A DNA stretch of 18,590 nucleotides from a virus (Duplodnaviria; Heunggongvirae; Uroviricota; Caudoviricetes), in IMG/VR virus record IMGVR_UViG_2703718776_000018; one strand, written 5' to 3'. The position numbers were made by a program, and so were the translations under genes. Each line of letters opens with the position of its first letter. The first letter of the stretch is position 1. The notes beneath the pieces were generated by a model. The model searched no databases, had not been told where the DNA came from, and saw only the letters and a list, made by a program, of their open reading frames with translations. Positions 10,107-18,590 of this stretch are shown here, piece by piece.

Positions 10107-10172
10107 TTAATTAGAATAATTCGCATCGTGTTTGAACGGAATTTAACACTAGTCACTTGTTAAGGATTACCA

Positions 10173-13100
10173 ATGAACAAGCTATCTATGGGGGTGTTTC
10201 GCTGTTCAAGTGTCAGCGAAATATTGAAATACATTAGGGCAATAACATCTCACCGAGCGCCGATTAAATACGGCGTGGAAAAGGTGGAAGGCAAAAGCTA
10301 TGACCGACTGCGCCGGGAGGCGAATCAGAAGGCGATAGATTTGCTTAATTCACTGGTGGACGGCGCGACACTGACAGATGAACAGCGCCAGATCCTGGCT
10401 GGGTACACCGGTGAAGGCGGCATTGGCGGGTCCGTCTCCGAATATTACACACCAAAGCCGATCGCTGAAGGTGTCTGGGAGATCATGAAGCTCTACGGCG
10501 CGGACGTAGGTAACACTCTGGAACCATCGGCGGGCACCGGCGTTTTTAATGAGACAAAACCGGTTGGTACGGTGATGACTGCGACTGAGATCAGCAGTGT
10601 TTCCGGTCGTATAAACCAGTTGTTACACCCGGAAGACAGCGTACAGATTTCCCCGTTCGAACAGCTGGCTATAAGCACACCTAACGATTCATTCGACCAT
10701 GTTGTGGGTAACGTTCCGTTCGGCGGTCGTGATAACACACGCAACATCGATAAGCCTTACGCAGAAGAAACGGACATGGGTTCTTACTTCATGCTCCGCA
10801 TGCTGGACAAGATAAAGCCAGGCGGATTCATGTGCGTGATTGTGCCGCCGTCCATTGTTTCAGGTTCAAACATGAAGCGGTTACGCCTGCGCCTATCACG
10901 GAAAGCAGAATTTCTTGGTGCCCACCGCTTGCCTACCGGTACTTTTGACGCAAACGGGACCAGTACGGTCGTAGATGTGGTGCTGATGCGCAAACATCCG
11001 GCAGAGATGGCTGAGAAAATCCCCCTGGTGGATGAAAGCACTCTTGAATCAGCAAATGTGCTTTGGCCAACGTTTATTTCTGGCAAGTGGTTTGAAAAGG
11101 ATGGCCGCCGGTTTGTTCATGGCACCCAAGAAAAGGGCTTCCGGGGGCGTATTGAGGTTCGTGCCGACGGTCAGATTGATAACCAGGCTCTTAAAGCGAA
11201 GCTGATTCATCGTTTCGAAAGCCGTATCGACTGGTCTTTGCTCGATATGGCTGAACCGTCACCGACCGCAGACGTTGTTGGTGAAGGGGAAATGCGCCTG
11301 ATTAATGGCGTATGGCAAAAATATGCTGGTGGTCGCTGGATTGAAGCTGATGCCGGGAAGGAACTTAAGATCGATGCTGCCAGTTATGGCGCGGATAGCT
11401 GGGAGGCTCTTCAGCGTAACCTGACTACAACAGAAGGCCGTCTCGGCATGACATTTACCCAGATGGCAAATGTCCGCGATAAGTACACCACATCAATCAG
11501 CGACGATATGGTGCAGCTGGTGGACTGGATTAACAGCCAGCCTGAAAAATACCGTGAACGCTTGTATCGCGGGGCGATGATTGGCCGGATGTTAATTGAA
11601 TATCAGGACATGAAGGCCGCCGGGCATAGTGCTGAACAAATCGAACAGCAGCGCCTTTCTCTGGTATCCCGTTTGCAGGCAGAGATTGACCGTTTTGGTA
11701 ACCCCGGTCGCGGTCCGATAGCGAAATTATCGGGGAGCGGTGCGCGCGCCTGGTTTGCTTTCCGTGGTGCAATTAAGCTGGATGGCACTATTTCTGACGA
11801 GCTGACAGGAAAACTGGTTACGCATGATTCCAGCGCCAGTTATGACTCCACCAGCTATCAGGACACCCTGCGTTATCTCTACAGTGATCTCACTCGCGAT
11901 CCAATCCAGCTCGATGATTTCCGCCTTGCGTTTACCGGCGAACTGCCAGCCAGTGATGATGAGTTGCTTAATTTATTGGCCAGCACCCCTGGCATTGCGG
12001 TTTCACCGTATGGCGGGATTGTTCCGTTCGCCCGCGCCACCAGCGGCGACATTAACGAGATAGTGGCTCCAAAACAGGAATTCCTCGCCACGCTCCCCGA
12101 CGGTCCAGTAAAGAACAACGTCCTTAATCAGCTGGCAGCGATCGAAGAGAAGCGCATCAAGACGCCAGCAGAGAATATCCGCTTTAAGCTCAATAGCCGT
12201 TGGTTCGACCGCTCCGTCATTCTGGAGTTTTTGCAGGAAAACGGCTATCCGGATCTGCGCTATGTGCAGTCAGTGCAGCTGGAAGGCGACGAAATGGTTT
12301 CTGACACCTATCACGGTGGTGATGGTCTGTTCGTCGGGCACCGATACGGTGTCGTCCAGCGCAAGGATAAAGAAACAGGCGAGATCCGCTACGAGTGGGA
12401 CCGTAAATCAGGTGAAAACGCGACCGGGTTCCCGGCACAACTGGAAAAGTATCTCAATGGTGCGCGTATCGGTGGCAAAGATAGCGCGACGGCGAACGGC
12501 TACCGCGAGCAGATGGCACTGCTTGAGGACCAGTTCAATAAGTGGATCAAGACGCACGATCGCTACGATGAGCTGGTTGCCAAATACAACGATGTGTTCA
12601 ATAGCAATATCCCGTATGAACACTCTGGCGATCCGCTTGGGTTGAAGGGATTAAGCGGTAAGCGCCAGCCATTTGATTACCAGAATAGCGAGGTGCGCCG
12701 ACTGTCCGAAGATGGGCGCGGCATCCTGGGCTTCGGCACCGGGCTGGGTAAAACCACGACCGCGCTGGCGCTTGAGGCGTTCAACTATGAGAACGGTCGC
12801 TCCACCCGTACTGCTTATGTAGTGCCTAAAGCAGTGCTGGAAAACTGGTATTACGAAGCAAAAGAGTTCCTGAGTGAAGAGGCATTCAGTAACTACCTGT
12901 TCGTCGGTCTTGATGTGCTGATGGATGGCGATCAGATTCGCCAGGTGCCGGTGCTCGATGAGAACGGTAAACCTGTTCTTGGTACTGATGGCACTCCAGT
13001 TATGCGCGATGCTCTTAAGCTGGCAGATGAAGCCACTATCACGGCGCGGATGAACGCGATCCCGCACTCAAATTACCGTGCAGTCGTGTTTACCAAAGAA

Positions 13101-16100
13101 CAATACGCCCGCATTCCGCTACGTGATGACACCGTAGATGAGCATGCACAAGACATGCTTTATGACTTCGTTGCCGCCGGGCGCGTAGCCAGCGCAATGG
13201 ATTCCGACTCCCATCGTAAAGAGGCGGCGCGTCGCTGGGTATTGTCGGAGTATTCAGATACCGGTACCGAAAAAGCAGAGAAGTATCCGTACTTTGAGGA
13301 TATGGGCTTCGATAGTGTGATCGCCGACGAAGGTCACAACTACCGCAATAGCTATAAAAATGGTCGCGAAGCGTCACAACTGGCCTATCTGCCCACCAGC
13401 GCGGTGGCGCAATCGGCGCGGGATATGGCAATCAAAAACGCGTACCTGATGAAAAAGAATGGCGGGCGCGGGCCGGTTCTCCTGACTGCAACGCCAGTCG
13501 TTAACACCCCGATCGATGCATACAACATGCTTTCTCATGTTCTGCCGAAGGAATACTGGCAGAAGATGGGGATCTACGGTCCTGATGACTTCGTTAAATT
13601 CTTCGGCAAGACCAGGCTGGAAACGGTACAGAAAATCAGCGGTGAAGTTGAAGAAAAAATGGCGCTGGTGGGCTTTGAAAACCTTGATGCGCTGCGCGGT
13701 ATATTCCATCGCTGGGTAACGCTTAAAACGGCGGAAGACGTTAAGGATACCGTGGAGATCCCGGAGCTGGACGAACACCAGCAGGATGCACCACTTACTG
13801 AAGAACAACTGGCGGCGTATGAAGAATTGCGTCAGCAGGCGGAAGCGGCGGCCAAAGCCAACAATGGCGTAACGACCTCGGTCAATGAAGACGGCGTGAT
13901 TGAGCACGAGAAAGCCCGTCCGATCTTCTCAATAATCAGGGATATGGACCGCGTATGTACTGACATGGACCTGTACTATCGCCGGATCACCTATCGTTTC
14001 CTGCCGGAGTACGCAGATGCGGTGCAGCAGCTGGCGGACAGTTTGCCTAAACAAGCCACCAGCGAAGACGACGACAGTGATGATTCAATCACGCAGCAAT
14101 CGCAATACTCCCTGATAGATAAGGGCGAGTTTATTCAGTTGCAGGTTCCGGAAGCGTTCGAGCAGGAAGTGAATAAGCGCCTGGCCAGGTTTGGCATTGA
14201 CGAACAGACCGTAACTCACCCCGTTACGCCCAAATACGCGAAGCTGATTGCCACGCTGAAGGAGTTTTTCCCGGAAGGTAAGCAAATCATCTTCACCGAT
14301 GAAAAAACGCAGCACCAGAAGCTCAAGCGCATTATCTGCAATGCTCTTAACCTTGAACCTTCAAAGGTGGGGATACTGAATGCTCAGACGGTTGCCGAGG
14401 CAGGTAAAACCGGTAAGAAACTGAAAGCGGTTAAACCGCCGAAAGAGCTACCGGATGAACCAACAGATGCACAGATAGCGAAATACAACGAGCAAATGGC
14501 TCTGTATGACGCCTATATCGCGCAGCAAAATGAAATGTCGCTGGGCGGGCTGGAAAAGATTGCTGCCGACTTCCAGGAGGGCCGGACTCCGATCATCATC
14601 TGCAACAAAAAGGCAGAGGTGGGTATCAACCTGCATCGAGGAACGACTGACATCCATCATCTGACGTTGCCATGGACACCAGCCAGTATCGCACAGCGTA
14701 ACGGTCGCGGTGCCCGAGTTGGTTCCAACCGTGCAAGCGTTCGCGTTCACTACTACTGCGGCAAGGGTTCTTTCGATGAATACCGACTGAAGACGCTGAA
14801 GCGTAAAGCAGGCTGGATCTCCGATATCCTCCGTTCAGATAAGTCAGAAATGGAGAACGCCGACGCCAACGATATGATCGAAATGCAGATGTATACCGCT
14901 AAGGATGATGGCGAACGTCTGGCAATGATGCAGGTTCAAATGGATAAGGCGAAAGCCGCGCAACGCGCTCGCCAGAAAGAACAGGCTACTATCGACCTTC
15001 AGAACTACATCAAGGCGCAGCACGCAGCTGGTGAGGATGTGGAGGTGCTTACCGCTGAATTAGAGCGAAGAAAAGCGGAACTCGAAAAGACCACCGCCGA
15101 CGTCGCCAAATTCAAACAGGCGGTAATGGCCAAAGCAGCTGATAACGCAGACTGGAAAGCCCGCTGGGGTAGCGTCCATCACACAGACCGTACGTTGTTA
15201 GCACAGTATCGCGCGTCGTTGAAAAGCGCCATTCAGCGCAAGGCTAATATCTCTCAAGCCATCTCCCGCTATGAGAAATTATTGAACCGTACTCAGAAGG
15301 CCGCGACGGATATCAAACGCCTTCGCCCGCTGGTGGAGGATGCAATAAATAAAGGCATTCTGGATGTTGATCCTGACCTGGTTAACCATGCGAGTGAGTT
15401 CCTTATTATCGGCGATCGCTCATGGCGTGTAGGCCAATACTACGATTGTGCCGGTGATATCGTTCGCATTAAGTCGCTGGACTTCGACAGCCAGCGCGCA
15501 GACGTGGAGATTATCTTTACCTTCAAAGGTACCAAATCGGGTAACTGGGATGTGAAGACGCTGGATAAACAGGTTGATGTAACTCCCGATGAAGATGCTG
15601 TTATGCAGAAAATCAGTGGTGGCGTCTCCATCGCCGGGATTAACGACATCATTTCCTGTGACGATTTCTACCGTTTCCAGCAGCGCGGCATGATCAAAAT
15701 CACTGACTCATACGGCGTTCAGACTACAGAGTCAGGCTATAGCATTGATTTTGTTGGTACCTATACGGACCCACTGAAGCATGCGGTTTACCCGGATCGC
15801 CGTGACGGCGCGCTGAAGTCGTCAATTGCAAAATGGGTGCTTGGTATGATGTCTGAAGGGAATAACCGCCAGGTCCGTTTGGCAGAAGTATTCCTGACTG
15901 AACTGTTTGGCTCCAATTATGGCGATGTAATCGCGTCATATGGAGATACGCTATCCCCTGAAGCAATTCAGGAGAAAATAGCGGATGCGATCGCCAGAAT
16001 GCCGGAGAAAACAAGCCAGGGGGCTACTCGTAACGGGGATTCTGAACTTGAGGTCACCAATGCCATTTTCGGTACCCATGAGTTCCGGGCGTCAGATTAT

Positions 16101-16940
16101 GAGATCACCACAGCACAGTTTGGCACCATTGGCATTTACAGCAATAAAGCCGAGATCAAGCAGGCAATGGACGCAGCAAGCGCGCGTATCGCAGCAGAAC
16201 GGGAAGCCAATCTGAATCATGCAGTCGCCGCACTGACTCAATCGTGGGTAACAGCAATCAGGGAGGCCGCCACCACAGGGAAAATCACACCTGCAATTGC
16301 GGATGTCGTAAACGACGGCTCTAAATTTATGGATGCCTATCAAATGGATGCGGTGAAGTTGCCATCAGCCTATGGTCAACTCAGCTATCGCATGACCTAC
16401 AACCTGGTATCAATGTTTTCCGACCTTGCCATCCTTGGGCTGGTGGATCTTAACGAGGTTACGCCGGAATTGCTCAGCATGCGCAAGAATCATGTGGAGA
16501 TATTGCAGAGAATTAACACGGTTCTTGCCGGGCGCACCGATGAAGAGAAACAGGCCGACGCTGATCGGATAAACCTGGCCCTTGGCAACATCACGGAGGA
16601 AGAAATTGCCGCCAGAAACGAGAAACAAGAAGAGTTATCATCAATACAGGGTGATGCCACCAGCATAGCTCAGTCTCTTGGTCTGAATTATCGCGTATCC
16701 ACCGCCGACCTGAAGATGATGTACGCACCAAAATTCGCCGCTGGCGAGGTATTTGGGCTTCAGGAAGCCTCAGGCATGAAAGGCGTTCTTTTCCGTGCGA
16801 AAGACGCAATCAAGGCGAAATTCGGCGCTCGCTGGCTGCCAGCGAAGGCGAAGAACAGCGATTTCCCGGGTAACTGGTGGATTATCGAGACAAAACACAA
16901 CGTGGCGGACGTTCTGGCCGTCATCCAACAATACGCATAA
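10173..16940 (+). CDS. darB: DarB-type antirestriction protein, 2255 aa: N6-adenine methyltransferase-like domain fused to an SF2 (SNF2/DExH-like) helicase, plus a long uncharacterised C-terminal region
   Basis: SD AAGGA 6 nt before the ATG. MTase motifs LEPSAGTGVF (residues 116-125) and GNVPFGG (179-185, nt 10707-10727). Helicase motifs GFGTGLGKTT (853-862, nt 12729-12758), DEGH (1052-1055, nt 13326-13337), LLTATPVVN, QRNGRGARVG. Length equals P1 DarB as I recall it. Confidence 0.9.
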   Translation: MNKLSMGVFRCSSVSEILKYIRAITSHRAPIKYGVEKVEGKSYDRLRREANQKAIDLLNSLVDGATLTDEQRQILAGYTGEGGIGGSVSEYYTPKPIAEGVWEIMKLYGADVGNTLEPSAGTGVFNETKPVGTVMTATEISSVSGRINQLLHPEDSVQISPFEQLAISTPNDSFDHVVGNVPFGGRDNTRNIDKPYAEETDMGSYFMLRMLDKIKPGGFMCVIVPPSIVSGSNMKRLRLRLSRKAEFLGAHRLPTGTFDANGTSTVVDVVLMRKHPAEMAEKIPLVDESTLESANVLWPTFISGKWFEKDGRRFVHGTQEKGFRGRIEVRADGQIDNQALKAKLIHRFESRIDWSLLDMAEPSPTADVVGEGEMRLINGVWQKYAGGRWIEADAGKELKIDAASYGADSWEALQRNLTTTEGRLGMTFTQMANVRDKYTTSISDDMVQLVDWINSQPEKYRERLYRGAMIGRMLIEYQDMKAAGHSAEQIEQQRLSLVSRLQAEIDRFGNPGRGPIAKLSGSGARAWFAFRGAIKLDGTISDELTGKLVTHDSSASYDSTSYQDTLRYLYSDLTRDPIQLDDFRLAFTGELPASDDELLNLLASTPGIAVSPYGGIVPFARATSGDINEIVAPKQEFLATLPDGPVKNNVLNQLAAIEEKRIKTPAENIRFKLNSRWFDRSVILEFLQENGYPDLRYVQSVQLEGDEMVSDTYHGGDGLFVGHRYGVVQRKDKETGEIRYEWDRKSGENATGFPAQLEKYLNGARIGGKDSATANGYREQMALLEDQFNKWIKTHDRYDELVAKYNDVFNSNIPYEHSGDPLGLKGLSGKRQPFDYQNSEVRRLSEDGRGILGFGTGLGKTTTALALEAFNYENGRSTRTAYVVPKAVLENWYYEAKEFLSEEAFSNYLFVGLDVLMDGDQIRQVPVLDENGKPVLGTDGTPVMRDALKLADEATITARMNAIPHSNYRAVVFTKEQYARIPLRDDTVDEHAQDMLYDFVAAGRVASAMDSDSHRKEAARRWVLSEYSDTGTEKAEKYPYFEDMGFDSVIADEGHNYRNSYKNGREASQLAYLPTSAVAQSARDMAIKNAYLMKKNGGRGPVLLTATPVVNTPIDAYNMLSHVLPKEYWQKMGIYGPDDFVKFFGKTRLETVQKISGEVEEKMALVGFENLDALRGIFHRWVTLKTAEDVKDTVEIPELDEHQQDAPLTEEQLAAYEELRQQAEAAAKANNGVTTSVNEDGVIEHEKARPIFSIIRDMDRVCTDMDLYYRRITYRFLPEYADAVQQLADSLPKQATSEDDDSDDSITQQSQYSLIDKGEFIQLQVPEAFEQEVNKRLARFGIDEQTVTHPVTPKYAKLIATLKEFFPEGKQIIFTDEKTQHQKLKRIICNALNLEPSKVGILNAQTVAEAGKTGKKLKAVKPPKELPDEPTDAQIAKYNEQMALYDAYIAQQNEMSLGGLEKIAADFQEGRTPIIICNKKAEVGINLHRGTTDIHHLTLPWTPASIAQRNGRGARVGSNRASVRVHYYCGKGSFDEYRLKTLKRKAGWISDILRSDKSEMENADANDMIEMQMYTAKDDGERLAMMQVQMDKAKAAQRARQKEQATIDLQNYIKAQHAAGEDVEVLTAELERRKAELEKTTADVAKFKQAVMAKAADNADWKARWGSVHHTDRTLLAQYRASLKSAIQRKANISQAISRYEKLLNRTQKAATDIKRLRPLVEDAINKGILDVDPDLVNHASEFLIIGDRSWRVGQYYDCAGDIVRIKSLDFDSQRADVEIIFTFKGTKSGNWDVKTLDKQVDVTPDEDAVMQKISGGVSIAGINDIISCDDFYRFQQRGMIKITDSYGVQTTESGYSIDFVGTYTDPLKHAVYPDRRDGALKSSIAKWVLGMMSEGNNRQVRLAEVFLTELFGSNYGDVIASYGDTLSPEAIQEKIADAIARMPEKTSQGATRNGDSELEVTNAIFGTHEFRASDYEITTAQFGTIGIYSNKAEIKQAMDAASARIAAEREANLNHAVAALTQSWVTAIREAATTGKITPAIADVVNDGSKFMDAYQMDAVKLPSAYGQLSYRMTYNLVSMFSDLAILGLVDLNEVTPELLSMRKNHVEILQRINTVLAGRTDEEKQADADRINLALGNITEEEIAARNEKQEELSSIQGDATSIAQSLGLNYRVSTADLKMMYAPKFAAGEVFGLQEASGMKGVLFRAKDAIKAKFGARWLPAKAKNSDFPGNWWIIETKHNVADVLAVIQQYA

Positions 16941-16945
16941 CAGGA

Positions 16946-16964
16946 GCGCCCGGTTCGCCGGGCG
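16946..16964 (+). promoter_or_regulatory. GC-rich stem-loop (GCGCCCGG-TTCG-CCGGGCG) inside the ulx translation initiation region
   Basis: 7-bp stem with a TTCG tetraloop, 5 nt after the darB stop. An AGGAG lies immediately 5' of the stem and the ulx ATG 9 nt 3' of it. No U-tract follows. Confidence 0.5.
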
Positions 16965-16973
16965 TCGCATAAT

Positions 16974-17414
16974 ATGGCCACACTATCTGATACAATAAAA
17001 CCGAATAAAACATATCTTGAGGCGGTACTGCGTACGGCGTTGTTAGGAAAGACAGAAGACGAATACGTTGATTTCTTCCTGTCAGGGCTACGTGGGCGAT
17101 TACTGAAAAATCCCCGCCTGTACCGCAGCTATGGCCCATACTGGCCGGAAATTAAAAAATTATTACTGGAGCGCGGTTATGGTAATTTCGGTCGTCTCGT
17201 TGACCGTGACGTTCGCAAAATTTACCGTTATGACCGCCCGGCGCTAACACTCATAGCCGCGACGCTCTACAGCCAGGAGCGTTTTGATAATGGTCAGATA
17301 TACTCAGCCTGGCATTTACTGCCAGTGCCTGAAGAAGTTGACGACCAGGACTATGAGTTTGAGTCTTACGATTTGGAAGTTGAAGCCTTGGCACAGGCTG
17401 GAGAGAAAACTTGA
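16974..17414 (+). CDS. ulx: Ulx-like protein (146 aa), co-transcribed downstream of darB
   Basis: ORF directly after darB and overlapping the next gene start. Position and size agree with my recollection of P1 ulx (upstream of lxc). Not verifiable without a search. Confidence 0.6.
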   Translation: MATLSDTIKPNKTYLEAVLRTALLGKTEDEYVDFFLSGLRGRLLKNPRLYRSYGPYWPEIKKLLLERGYGNFGRLVDRDVRKIYRYDRPALTLIAATLYSQERFDNGQIYSAWHLLPVPEEVDDQDYEFESYDLEVEALAQAGEKT

Positions 17415-17659
17415 AAAAGCGATACTACACAGTAAAGCATGGGACGCTACGAGCATTACAAGAGTTTGCTGACAAGCATAACGTTGAGGTGCGCAGGGAA
17501 GGGGGAAGTAAAGCTCTGCGCATGTACCGTCCGGACGGGAAATGGCGGACGGTCGTCGATTTCAAAACTAACAGCGTTCCCCAGGGCGTCCGCGACCGGG
17601 CATTCGAAGAATGGGAACAGATCATCATAGATAACGCATTGCTCCTGAATGCGGATTGA
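17411..17659 (+). CDS. lxc: Lxc/Bof-like small protein (82 aa), TTG start overlapping the ulx stop
   Basis: TTG at 17411 with SD GGAGA 7 nt upstream. Overlap TTGA with the ulx stop. Followed by a terminator. Size and position consistent with P1 lxc (bof) from memory. Confidence 0.5.
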   Translation: MKKRYYTVKHGTLRALQEFADKHNVEVRREGGSKALRMYRPDGKWRTVVDFKTNSVPQGVRDRAFEEWEQIIIDNALLLNAD

Positions 17660-17669
17660 TTTATATATC

Positions 17670-17699
17670 GGGCAGTTGTAGCTGCCCGTTAAATTTTTG
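17670..17699 (+). terminator. Rho-independent terminator (stem CGGGCAG/CTGCCCG, loop TTGTAG, then TTAAATTTTT) between convergent genes
   Basis: Seen in sequence, immediately after the lxc-like stop and before the stop of the reverse-strand 196-aa gene. Confidence 0.75.
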
Positions 17700-17710
17700 C
17701 CGCTCTTCAA

Positions 17711-18301
17711 TTACACTATATCTTTTACTATAGAATTAGCATCCTCCAGTACGCCAATTTCTTCGATGCGTTTTTTTATTATTAATCGATTTGAAGCAAT
17801 GATTGTGGACCATCTTGTTTCCCAAGCTCTATAAGCATGCCACGAATAACCTAATCTCATTTCTTTGCTCATGTTGGACATTGAGTATTCAACGGCGTCT
17901 AAATATTCATTTTCATACTTAGTTCCACCAATTTCTAAAAGGCTGCCGAAATATATAAGCCATTTTGCAAGCTGCTCGTATTGCTCCCAAGCACCACTCT
18001 CTCTTGTTAAATCTCTTTTTTGTTTTATTATTCTCTTGAAAAAATCAACTACTTGTCCGTCATTCCAGTCGAAACCCTCAGATATAATCGAGGAGGTTAT
18101 TTGATAGAATGAATCTTCTAATCTAAGGTATTCATCCTTATAGTTGAAAGTGCCTGATAAAACTCTTTTTATACTTTGTCTGGCTCTTGCTATGACGCCT
18201 TCAATTAACATTATGTTAATGCTCAATCTCTTAAAGAAAGAGTCTATTTCGGTGTTGTCAATTACTCGTATTCCAAAACAATAAAAATAATAATCCTTCA
18301 T
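17711..18301 (-). CDS. Hypothetical 196-aa protein in an AT-rich island next to IS1; function unknown
   Basis: Uninterrupted ORF with ATG at 18301. Region 17700-18374 is markedly AT-rich compared with the darB/ulx side. No SD-like sequence stronger than AAGT upstream. Confidence 0.7.
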   Translation of the reverse strand: MKDYYFYCFGIRVIDNTEIDSFFKRLSINIMLIEGVIARARQSIKRVLSGTFNYKDEYLRLEDSFYQITSSIISEGFDWNDGQVVDFFKRIIKQKRDLTRESGAWEQYEQLAKWLIYFGSLLEIGGTKYENEYLDAVEYSMSNMSKEMRLGYSWHAYRAWETRWSTIIASNRLIIKKRIEEIGVLEDANSIVKDIV

Positions 18302-18331
18302 ATCTTGACTTACTTCACTGCGAGAGATGAA

Positions 18332-18348
18332 AAATATATTAGAGCACA
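18332..18348 (-). promoter_or_regulatory. Candidate C1-repressor-type operator (reverse strand reads TGTGCTCTAATATATTT) upstream of the 196-aa gene
   Basis: 14/17 match to the recalled consensus ATTGCTCTAATAAATTT with a perfect TGCTCTAATA core. Lies 31-47 nt upstream of the ATG at 18301. Confidence 0.4.
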
Positions 18349-18374
18349 GAGCGTTACCTTTCGAGAATATTTTG

Positions 18375-18590
18375 TAATCATTTATGGTAATGACTCCAAC
18401 TTATTGATAGAGTTTTATGTTCAGATAATGCCCGATGACTTTGTCATGCAGCTCCACCGATTTTGAGAACGACAGCGACTTCCGTCACAGCCGTGCCAGG
18501 TGCTGCCTCAGATTCAGGTTATGCCGCTCAATTCGCTGCGTATATCGCTTGCTGATTACGTGCAGCTTTCCCTTCAGGCGGGATTCATAC
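18375..18590 (-). mobile_element. IS1, partial: terminal inverted repeat and 3' portion of the transposase gene; the element continues beyond the window end
   Basis: From 18375 the forward strand reads GGTAATGACTCCAACTTATTGATAG.., the IS1 terminal repeat. The reverse complement through 18590 matches the IS1 3' region I recall (..CTGCATGACAAAGTCATCGGGCATTATCTGAACATAAAAC..). Confidence 0.9.
18390..18590 (-). CDS. insB: IS1 transposase InsB, C-terminal part (runs off the window end)
   Basis: Reverse-strand frame ends ..[17 protein letters not shown] with the stop at 18390-18392, the characteristic InsB C-terminus. Confidence 0.85.

Noticed and set aside
10493-16809. Numerous short ORFs antisense or out of frame within darB (for example 10784..11086 -, 13374..13907 -, 12651..13067 -)
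   Set aside because: They are embedded in a single 6.8-kb frame with multiple conserved methyltransferase and helicase motifs. None has an SD or a recognisable product.

Overview
This 18.6-kb window reads as a segment of a P1-family temperate phage / phage-plasmid, bracketed by insertion sequences. Identification is from memory of P1 protein features only; no database search was possible. The recognisable backbone is ssb (-), the SAR endolysin lyz (+), a head protease and portal pair (-), the 2255-aa antirestriction protein darB (+), and two small downstream genes consistent with ulx and lxc/bof (+). The left edge is the 5' part of an IS200/IS605-family tnpB (-), and the right edge is the end of IS1 with the insB 3' end (-). 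Between the tnpB element and ssb lie the least explained genes: a 995-aa protein with a ParB-like N-terminal motif and a C-terminal HExxH motif, translationally coupled to a very acidic 106-aa protein; an AT-rich single-gene cassette (95 aa) between a 46-bp palindrome and a strong terminator; and a 262-aa protein of unknown function. A second AT-rich orphan gene (196 aa) sits beside IS1. Two sequences resembling the P1 C1 operator consensus, a 10-bp box shared upstream of lyz and the portal gene, a membrane-protein ORF coupled to lyz, and a hairpin in the ulx initiation region are flagged as regulatory candidates. No CRISPR array, rRNA or tRNA was seen. The best candidate for something undescribed is the 995-aa/106-aa pair, but it may simply be the P1 ddr genes, which I cannot rule out from memory.
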